Part shown: positions 53,930-64,000 of the stretch, piece by piece
How positions within the stretch are numbered: position 1 is the first letter of the stretch
Layout of the letters: each line of letters opens with the position of its first letter
The notes under the pieces: model-generated
The model's input: only the letters and a program-made list of their open reading frames with translations
The model's database searches: none
Told to the model about the DNA's origin: nothing
NCBI GenBank assembly: GCA_951406725.2
Contig: OX597835.1
Span: forward strand, 34,286,001-34,350,000
DNA length: 64,000 nucleotides
Direction of reading: 5' to 3'
Source of the DNA: Octopus vulgaris
Lineage: Eukaryota
Position numbers and translations under genes: made by a program

Positions 53930-54160
53930 GGCGGCGAGCTGGCAGAAACGTTAGCACGCCGGACGAAATGCTTAGCAGTGTTTCGTCTGTCGTTACGTTC
54001 TGAGTTCAAATTCCGCCGAGGTCGACTTTGCCTTTCATCCTTTCGAGGTCGATAAATTAAGTACCAGTTACGCACTGGGGTCGATGTAATCGGCTTAATA
54101 CGTTTGTCTGTCCTTGTTTGACCCCTCTTTGTTTAGCCCCTTATGGGTAGTAAAGAAATA
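53930..54160 (+). mobile_element. SINE family B with TSD
   Basis: GGAATTGAGG at 53922-53931 and 54161-54170. Confidence 0.92.
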
Positions 54161-54262
54161 GGAATTGAGGGGAATGTGAAGTCGGCCCTTAACTATCATT
54201 ACTTCCAGGTCCGTTATGACTCGTAACGGTAGTAACTGTCAGGATCCCATCCGTGGGTTAAA

Positions 54263-54298
<36 letters not shown>

Positions 54299-54309
54299 TG
54301 CATGCGTGC

Positions 54310-54348
<39 letters not shown>

Positions 54349-54675
54349 GATAGATTGAGCTCTTTAGCTGCGGTGAAAACAATCGATCTAGTAGAAGGAA
54401 AACTCCAAGACTACTCTCTTCGAGGATGCCCTGAGCCAAGAGTATGGAAGAGTATAGCTGATGAAACTAACACGAGGTTTAGATTAATAGTATGGAGTCA
54501 ACTATCTCATGTTGGGTGTACATTTTGGTGTACATTCTGCCGCTGGCGGAGATAGCGAGGAAACGAAGACGTCTGTGGACTGAGAATAACTTCCTCGCTT
54601 CTGCCAGCCATTTCCCAGTTACAAGAGTCGAGTGATGTCCCTCTCTTCTTTCCTTTGTTTTCATCACCGATGAAA

Positions 54676-55210
54676 TAACAACACCAACACCAACAGCAAC
54701 AGCAACAGCAGAAGTAGTATTGCCATCAATATCATCATAGTCGTTGTCATTATCATCATTATCCTCCTCATCATCATCATCAGCATCATCAGCATTATCA
54801 GCATCATCATAAATACCACCAACACCACCACCACCACCATCATCATCATCATTATCATTATCCTCATCCTCATCATCATCCTCATCATCATCACCATCAC
54901 CACCATCCCCACCACCACCACCACCGTCATCATCATCATAAATATCATCATCATCGTCATCATCGTCATCGTCATCATCGTCATCATCATCAACATCATC
55001 ATCATCATCACCATCATCATCACCATCACCACCATCCCCACCACCACCATCGCCATCATCATCATCATAAATATTATCATCATCATCATAAATATCATCA
55101 TCATCATCGTCATCATCATCACCATCATCATCATCACCATCATCATTATCATCACCATCATCATCAACATCGCCACCATCCCTACCACCACCATCATCAT
55201 CATCATAAAT

Positions 55211-55287
<77 letters not shown>

Positions 55288-55337
55288 TTTTATCATTATC
55301 ATCGTTTTTATCGCCATCACCATCGTTATCATCATCT
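54676..55337. repeat. (CAT/CAC/CGT)n trinucleotide low-complexity tract
   Basis: Directly visible. Source of the poly-D and poly-M ORFs. Confidence 0.92.
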
Positions 55338-55933
55338 TTGGAAGATGCTTTCGGTGACCCGTAGTGACATTTATTACTTTTACGAGTGTCGTAGTTCTCT
55401 TGAAGGATTGTAGTACAGAAGTAGACAAACAAAAAAAAGGAAAGAAAATAAAGAAAGCTTCTAACAATGTAGAATGTTTTCCAAAAAGGAAAAATTTACA
55501 TTTCGTGTGCAAAGGCTTATCTTCTGAAGGAAACAGTCCAAAATATGTACATTTACATCGATTTCGTTATTTTGTTTTAAACCCATCATCATATTCATCC
55601 ACGAACATCATCATCATCATTATCATCACCACCACCACCACCACCACTACCATCATGACCACGATGACAACAAACACCACAACACCACTACCACAACCAC
55701 CACCACCACCACCAGAACCATCACCAACGCCGACATCATAATTTAAAGGAGCAGCCATCGTTGTCATTGCTTCTGTCATTTGTCACATGATGTGTGCCTC
55801 AGATAAACATACCTCACCGCCCCCCCCATCCCCACCTTGCCCTATCAGTCGGTCAGTACAAAAATGGCGGTGAAGACGTCAATTATAAGCAGAAACATAT
55901 TCATGTGACATCTCTGAATGGATGTTACTGTGA

Positions 55934-55984
<51 letters not shown>

Positions 55985-56259
55985 TATTTGTGCGTTTTCT
56001 GCATCAGTGTTTGTATGTATGTGTGCAATCATATACATAAACATACACATATACATACATACAAGTATGTGTACACACACACATACATATACACACATAT
56101 ACATATATATATATACACACACATATATATATATACATATATGTACATTTACATACATATACATGCATATATATATATAAAGACACATACATAAATGGAG
56201 ACACCCATATATGTGTATATACGCAAATGAGTTCATATGAACGTTTGTATGTATGTACG

Positions 56260-56292
<33 letters not shown>

Positions 56293-57115
56293 TTGTGTGT
56301 GTGTGTGCGTGTGTGTATCTATGCGTGTATATATGCATGTATGTATATATGTATGTACGTAAGTATGTATGTACGTATGTATGTGTGTGTATGCATTTAT
56401 GTATGCACGTATGTATAAATGTATGTATGTATATAACTATGTATATGTGTCTATGCGTGTATATATGCATGTATATATGTATTTATATAAGTATGTATGT
56501 ACGTATGTATGTGTGTGTATGCGTTTATGCCTGTATGTATGTATGTATATAAGTATGCATGTGTGTGTATATTTATACGTGTATGCATGTATGTACGAAT
56601 GATTGTATGTATTTGTGTGCGTACGATTCTAAACAGATGCCATTCTCTCTGTGTCAAGTGTGAGTGAGGGGATAAGCATATTCATATAAGTGCATTTGAT
56701 GTTTCTGTCTGTTTATATATACAATTACATATGTGCCACAAAAAATGAAAACTAAAAAAAAAGATAATAATAAAAGAAAAAAAAAGAAAATGAAAGAGTT
56801 TCAAGAAATATGTCAATGAGAAGAATCGGAAGATGTGAATAACCTGAGGGTTATTCTCTGCCAAATAACGGTTTACTCAAATTCTAAACAATCGAGACTC
56901 GTGACTCACGCCTTTTAATTTACGATTGTGAATTGCTTTCGAATGATGTAACAAATGTAAAGTTATCAAGCGGGGTTAAGGACCTTGCTTAAAGCTACAC
57001 AATGACACGTGAGGTAATTTGTTTATTATAATCTGGAGCTGAGACAATTAAACATAGCATCGATTAATTTATTACCTAAATTAATTTATAACCTAACATC
57101 TCAATGTTCTAATAA

Positions 57116-57265
57116 GGCGCAAGCGTAATAGTTTGTGAGAAGCTTGCTTCCCAATCACATGGTTCCGGGTTCAGTCCCACTGCGTGGCAACTTGAGCAAG
57201 TCCCTTCTTCTGTAGCCTCGGGCCGACGAAAGCCTTGTGAGTGGATTTGGTAGAAAATGCCTGTC
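57116..57265 (+). mobile_element. SINE family A, 5' half
   Basis: GGTTCCGGGTTCAGTCCCACTGCGTGGCAACTTGAGCAAGT. Confidence 0.85.
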
Positions 57266-57317
57266 ATATATGTGTGTGTGTGTATGTGTGTTTGTGTGCG
57301 CGCGCGTGTGTGTGTGT

Positions 57318-57501
57318 ATTGCATCCAACTTTTGTTACAGGTATGCAACATCTCCAGGGTTCTATAAACTCTGAGATACTTTTTTATCATCTGCAAAACT
57401 AGTAATGGTGGCAATGTGAGCAGCTTTGGGCATGTCTGAGTGTCCCTGAGACAGTGCCCGGTCTAACACCACTCAATATTTGTTTCCTAAGACGTGGCTC
57501 C

Positions 57502-57503
<2 letters not shown>
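57318..57503 (-). pseudogene. CR1-like reverse transcriptase fragment
   Basis: The minus strand reads SGVRPGTVSG...SDMPKAAHIATITSFADDKKV...DVAYL*QKLDAI (SGVPQG, FADD and LQxDL motifs). Confidence 0.7.
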
Positions 57504-57573
<70 letters not shown>

Positions 57574-57576
57574 TAT

Positions 57577-60092
57577 GAAATCAAGGATAATATAACAGAA
57601 TTTTGCAGAAAATTAAGACTAGCAGAAGCATCAACCAGTTTCAATACTGAAGATGAATCACTAGTCAAGAACAAAAGTGAACACATCCCACACTGAGGAA
57701 GAAATAAAGATCTTGACGAATTCTGTAACCACATTGAGAACTTTCCCTACCATACTATACATAAACAGAAAGTTAACTCAAATTTTAACACTACACAATG
57801 GAAAGAACTGATAGAACTTCAAAATGATGAGGATATAACCATTAAGGAAGCAGACAAGGGAAATGCAGTGGTAATAATGGATACATCATACTACAGAAAT
57901 CTTGTAATTTCCTTGCTTGATGACGACCTACATTATGAAAAAATTACTAACTACACCCCACAAAAAATATTGAAAACTCTATCTTCACTAATTAAAACCC
58001 ATGAAAAGGAACTAACAACCAAAGAGATTGACTTCCTAACAAACTTCAAATGCAAACCTAGCCTTTTCTATGGTCTGCCAAAAATTCATAAAAGTCAAAT
58101 TATAAATGAAACCATTAAAAAATCACCAAAGACATACATACACACACCTAACCCGGGGGACCTAAAACTACGACCCATTGTAGCTGGCCCAACCTGTGAA
58201 ACACACAGACTAAGTCTACTTATGGACATCCTCCTGAAACCCTTCCTTAAACATATCGATAGCCATATCAGAGATGACTTAGATATGTTAAACCACCTTC
58301 TAAAAGAGCCAAGGAATAAACAATCCTGGTTTCATTTGATGTAGTTAACTTATATACCAGTATACCTCATAATTATGGACTGGAGGCAATACAGTTCTGG
58401 TTAGACCAATTTCCGGAAGAAATACCAAAAAGGATCAGTAAAGAATTCATTACTAAATCAATTGAATTCATCCTACACAATAACCACTTCATGTTTGACA
58501 ATACATTTTACCGTCAAAAATCCGGAATTGCTATGGGTACAAGGGCAGCACCAGTCATTGCGAACTTAACAATGGGATACATGGAAATAATCATTTACCA
58601 GGAATCTTTATCAATCTTTGGAAACCCCCTTTCTCAATACATAAAAGAGAATTGGAAACGATTCTTAGACCTTTGTTTTATTCTCTGGAATGAAAACACA
58701 GATAAACTCCTAAAATTTAAAAACCTATTGAACAGCATAAACCCAAATATACAGTTCACAATGGAATACAACCAAAAGGAGCTCCCGTTCTTGGATATAC
58801 TAATTAAAAAAATTAACCTCAAAATAGAAACAGACATTTTTTACAAAGCCACAGACGCCAAACAATACCTTCTTTTTAATTCATGCCACCCAAGACACAC
58901 TAAAACAAACATCCCCTACAACCTTGCAAGAAGGATATGCACAATAGTGTCAGAACAAAATACCAGGAACTTTAGACTGCAAGAACTCAAAAACACCCTA
59001 ATTGACAGACGTTACCCAGCTCAACTCATAGAGGATGGGATCAGACGTGCAACAGAAATCAACATAGAAACTTTAAGAAAAGTTCAACACAACAACACAC
59101 CTTCCCCGAAAATACTACCTTACATATCTACATACAACCCCAGAAACAAAGAAGCCTTCACCATCATCACCCAGAATTTACCAATACTTCATAAGGACCC
59201 CAAATTAAAGGAAATTCTAAACACACCAAATCATTAAAAGCTACAAACAGCCTAAATCACTTAAAAAGATTCTCACAAAGGCAAAATTGTCTTCTGAAAT
59301 TACGGATGCAAAAGTAAAAAAATGTGGTAGATCGAACTGTGCAACATGTCCTAACCTGCTAGAAAGATCAGAATTCCTCTTTAAAGAGGGACAGAAATTC
59401 AAGATCAAATCTAACTTTACTTGTGCCTCTGAAAACATAATTTATGTCATAAAATGCTCGGGCTGCCACCAAGACTACGTGGGTTCCACGGGACTATCAC
59501 TCAGACGTAGATGCACACTGCATCGACAACAGATTGCATTCCCAGAATATAGAACCCATGAATATAGAATATTTTAGTGAGCACATTGAGAAATGCGCAA
59601 AGCAACTACTACCACAATTTTTAATCTTTCCATTTTACCAATGTGCTTTCGGATCATCAACACAAATTAGACTAAACAAGGAAACATTCTTCATTGAAAA
59701 GTACAAGCCCAGACTCAACCATCCGAACATACTGATACAGAGAAATTCACACCAAGGGAAAGGAAAAAATTTTTAAGCGATTATCTCCCTTACACCGGAA
59801 GAAATCACTAACTACCTTCCCTTATTTAGAACTCTCCTGAACATAAACATAACGATAACTCTATTCAACATAAACATAACGTCGCAAGAAATTTGAAAAG
59901 CTACACGCGAAACCGGTCTTTCTTCTAAATTATGTCATTATAAGAGAAAAAAAATTTTTTTTTTAATTTTCTAATATTCTTCAGACATATTGACGCAAAT
60001 ATATATATTTTTTAACATTTAAGCCTTCTGTAGTTTTTTCACTCTTTACTATTTTCTATATATTCACCCACGTGCTTTCACAAACCAACTTT

Positions 60093-60095
<3 letters not shown>
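57577..60095 (+). mobile_element. Penelope-like retroelement, 5'-truncated; RT plus GIY-YIG pseudogene (57577-59776) and pLTR, flanked by (TA)n
   Basis: KEADKGNAVV, FYGLPKIHK, LRPIVAG, FDVVNLYTSI, GIAMGT, RFLDL (mutated YxDD), LPFLD, SCHP, CxxxxCxxC, IIYVIKC..YVGST. Stops and frameshifts present. Confidence 0.95.
59886..59926 (+). ncRNA. Degenerate minimal hammerhead in the Penelope pLTR
   Basis: AAGAAAT-TTGAAAA-GC-TACAC-GC-GAAA-CCGG-TC-TTTTCTT. Stems I, II and III and the GUC site are retained; the core CTGAAGA is mutated. Confidence 0.6.
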
Positions 60096-60143
<48 letters not shown>

Positions 60144-60160
60144 ATATATATATGTATATG

Positions 60161-60685
<525 letters not shown>

Positions 60686-60818
60686 GCGAATTTGTGAGTT
60701 GGAATCCCGGGCCGGGCTGCGTGTTGCATTCTTGAGCAAGACAATCCAGTTCACTCAGCTGTAGAAATGAGTTGCGACGTCACAGGTGCCAAGCTGTATC
60801 GGCCTTTGGAATTTATAG

Positions 60819-61085
60819 AAAAACAAAAGACGAAGACAGGTGTATGAACAGCAAGCAGGTGTATTAATTTGACTCTCGGGAAAATGAAAAAGTCTTTAAC
60901 GTTTCGAGCCTATGCTCTTCAACGGAAAGGAATAAGAGAAAATAAACAGAGAGAGTTTTTCATTCTCTCTGTTTATTTTCTCTTATTCCTTTCGAGCATA
61001 GGTTCGAAACATAAAAGACTTTTTCATTTTCCCGAGAGTCAAATTAATACACCAACTTGCTGTTCATACACCTGTCTTCGTCTTT

Positions 61086-61092
<7 letters not shown>
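60819..61092. mobile_element. Inverted pair of Penelope-like pLTRs (same family as 52360-52725)
   Basis: Mirrored arms of about 135 bp. Hammerhead-like motif at 60894-60929 (minus); the core is deleted in the right arm. Confidence 0.75.
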
Positions 61093-61130
<38 letters not shown>

Positions 61131-61188
61131 GAGTGAGGGAGCTAGATGTAAAATCTCAAGAATGAATCAGAGTAGTAACTATAATAAA

Positions 61189-61402
61189 AAGTAAAGTTAG
61201 TCGCCACATCAAAGTGGCTGTTGCACATTACTACTAGTTTAATACCAGGCAGACCTTCCGCGAACCCCAACCACCCACTAACAGGTAACAGCTAGAGGGT
61301 AGTAGCGGTTCTCTCCCTGGCTAGCGCCGTACAGATAACCAGCTGGCGTTAAACTAGTAATAACATGGAACAACCACTTTGATGTGGTGACTGATTTTAC
61401 TT
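61189..61402. mobile_element. MITE-like element with imperfect TIRs of about 60 bp
   Basis: AAGTAAAGTTAGTCGCCACATCAAAGTGGCTGTT...TACTAGTTTAA mirrors TTAAACTAGTA...AACAACCACTTTGATGTGGTGACTGATTTTACTT. Confidence 0.7.
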
Positions 61403-61403
61403 G

Positions 61404-61473
<70 letters not shown>

Positions 61474-61687
61474 TATATACATACATATATATATATATTT
61501 AGGTGGGCTTAGATACAATTTCCGCCGGCCAAACCCACCCTCAAGGCATTGGTCGAGCCCTGAAGACAGCCCATTAGCCTCAGGTGCCACGCAGTGGGGC
61601 TGAACCTGTAACGAAGTGGCTGCAACGCCAACTGCTTAACCACACACCCATACCTCATACATACTTACAAACATATATAAACATACA

Positions 61688-61718
<31 letters not shown>

Positions 61719-61764
61719 GTTTTACATGCATGTATATGTACCTATAGGTATATATTCGCCATGA

Positions 61765-61930
61765 TAGATCGCTAGCCACTACACATTCTTTATTTTCTCT
61801 CCTTCTTTCTTTCTTTCAGGCTCGAAATGTTAAAGACTTTTTCACTTTCCGGGCGTTATACTAATACATCTGTTTGTTGTCTACACCACCTGTCTTTCTC
61901 TTCTGTTTTTTTTTTTTGTGAATTCTCCTC

Positions 61931-61932
<2 letters not shown>
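61765..61932 (+). mobile_element. Solo Penelope-like pLTR with hammerhead core deleted
   Basis: Homologous to 52535-52722. Ends in (TA)n. Confidence 0.65.
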
Positions 61933-61963
<31 letters not shown>

Positions 61964-62383
61964 CATATATATATATACACACACACACATATATATATGT
62001 ATGTATGTATGCATGTATGTATATACATATATACACTGACACACACACATACTTACACACACACACACGCGTACACACAAATAAACACACACATACACAT
62101 ATGTATGAGCTGTAGCTTCGCTGGGTGGTTACTGCACGATATGCGTCTTGTTGAGGTCAGGTCCTATATAATTGCAAAATCTAATCTCTGGAAGACTGTT
62201 GATAACTTTTGGCACACCAAGGCAGTCGATTAAAGTGCTCATGTGTGCGTGTGTGTACGTGTGTGTGTGTGCATGTGTGTGTGAGTGTGCGCGCGCGTGT
62301 GTGTGTTTATACACACAGACATTAGCAAATATACGTACATAGTTATATACATGCCGGTGTGCACGAGTACGCAAACACAAGCA

Positions 62384-62432
<49 letters not shown>

Positions 62433-62547
62433 ATGTATCTATGTATCTATATATATATATATATACATATATATATGTATGTATGTATACAAGAGGGGAA
62501 TGAAAGACTATATAAACGGATAAATATATGTATTTATATTATATATC

Positions 62548-62780
62548 TGCGACGATTTCATCTCAATCGAAGGAGAGGGGCTTTCTCCGTCCGGGTTGCG
62601 GATTCGTGGAACAAGCTGCCGGACGAGATAGTGAAGATGCCGACGACCGTTCGGTTCAGTCTCCCTTGACCACAAATGGCCTGAACTCTTTACATGAACA
62701 GCACCCTGTACATAACTCCATGTCCCCCTACATGGCCTTGCTTTTTGCTTTTTGAGCCAAAAAATTAACTAACTAACTAT
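62548..62780 (+). pseudogene. CR1-like LINE 3' end with (TAAC)n tail
   Basis: LRRFHLNRRRGAFSVRVADSWNKLPDEIV, followed by a short UTR and TAACTAACTAACT. Confidence 0.8.
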
Positions 62781-62844
62781 ATATATATACTTGCATTTTG
62801 GCACATATAAACACACGATATATGTATACATACATATACACACA

Positions 62845-63123
<279 letters not shown>

Positions 63124-63330
63124 TGTGTGTGTGCGTGTGTGTGTGTGTGTCGAAGAGGTTATGAGTTTCACAAGAGTAAATTTATATTAAAAACAAGAAG
63201 AAAATCGTTTGAAAACTTTATCGTTGACACAAGAAAGAAAGTATTTACATTTTCACCAAGTCATAGGCGCAGGGGTGGCTGTGTGGTAAGTAGCTTGTTT
63301 ACCAACCACATGGTATTTTCCTTGGCTTGT

Positions 63331-63846
63331 GTGGAGGCTCGTGGCTTAGTGGTTAGGGTGTCAGCATCATGATCGTAAGATTGTGGTTTCGATTCTGGAC
63401 CGGGCGACGCGTTGTGTTCTTGTGCAAAACACTTCATTTCACGTTGCTCCAGTCCACTCAGCTGGCAAAAATGAGTAACGCTGCGATGGACTGGCATCCC
63501 GTCCAGCTGAGGAACACATACACCATTGAAACCGGGCCCATGAGCCTGACTAGGCTTTAAAAGGGCGCATTTATTTGTGGAGGCGCGTGACTTAATGCTT
63601 AGGGTGTCAGCATCATGATCGTAAGATTGTGGTTTCGATTCCTGGACCGGACGACGCGCTGTGTTCTTGAGCAAAACACTTCATTTCATGTTGTTCCAGT
63701 CTACTCAGCTGGCAAAAATTAGTAACTCTGCAATGGACTGGAGTCCCGTGTCCAGCTGGGGAAAACATACGCCATTGAAACCGGGAAACCGGGCCCATGA
63801 GCCTGGCTAGGCTTTAAAAAGGGCGTATTTATTTATTTATTTATTT
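63331..63846 (+). mobile_element. tRNA-derived SINE family D, head-to-tail dimer (63331-63576, 63577-63846) with (TTTA)n tail
   Basis: A-box TGGCTTAGTGG, B-box GTTTCGATTC and CORE/V-like TGTGTTCTTGAGCAAAACACTT. Flanking repeat TTTCCTTGGC(T/A)TGTG. Confidence 0.88.
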
Positions 63847-63863
63847 CCTTGGCATGTGGTTGG

Positions 63864-63895
<32 letters not shown>

Positions 63896-64000
63896 TTGCT
63901 GTTGCTGTTGCGGTTGTTGCTTTTATTTCCCACTCGTTGAAACTACCACAGAGTTTCAGTAATGATTAAAAACAAACAAAAAAAAAACTACCACCAGTAC

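Noticed and set aside
54479-55512. 317-aa poly-Asp and 282-aa poly-Met ORFs resembling acidic biomineral proteins
   Set aside because: They arise from a (CAT)n tract. There is no signal peptide or splice context, and similar tracts occur elsewhere in the window.

Overview
Eukaryotic, AT-rich, repeat-saturated non-coding DNA. The SINE families and microsatellite load suggest an octopus/cephalopod genome, but this is inference and was not database-checked. No intact host gene is recognisable, and almost all ORFs in the track are translations of (TA)n, (CA)n, (TATG)n, (GATA)n and trinucleotide repeats. All real coding remnants come from transposons: one full-length but disrupted L1/Tx1-like LINE inside a head-to-tail cluster of four Tx1 copies separated by (GATA)n tracts, several Penelope-like (RT/GIY-YIG) elements with solo or palindromic pseudo-LTRs, Hero and R4/NeSL-type restriction-like-endonuclease LINE fragments, CR1 and RTE fragments, and two mariner pseudogenes. 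MITEs, a non-autonomous Helitron and four tRNA-derived SINE families are also present. The most interesting signals are RNA-structural or target-related: (i) a non-circularly permuted hammerhead-like motif in the Hero 3' UTR; (ii) a family of minimal hammerheads with non-canonical cores and a compensatory stem change in Penelope pLTRs; (iii) a (GATA)n-targeting Tx1 LINE; and (iv) a SINE whose 3' tail matches the Tx1 3' end and which inserts as fixed-junction dimers. Coordinates and alignments were made by eye and are approximate.
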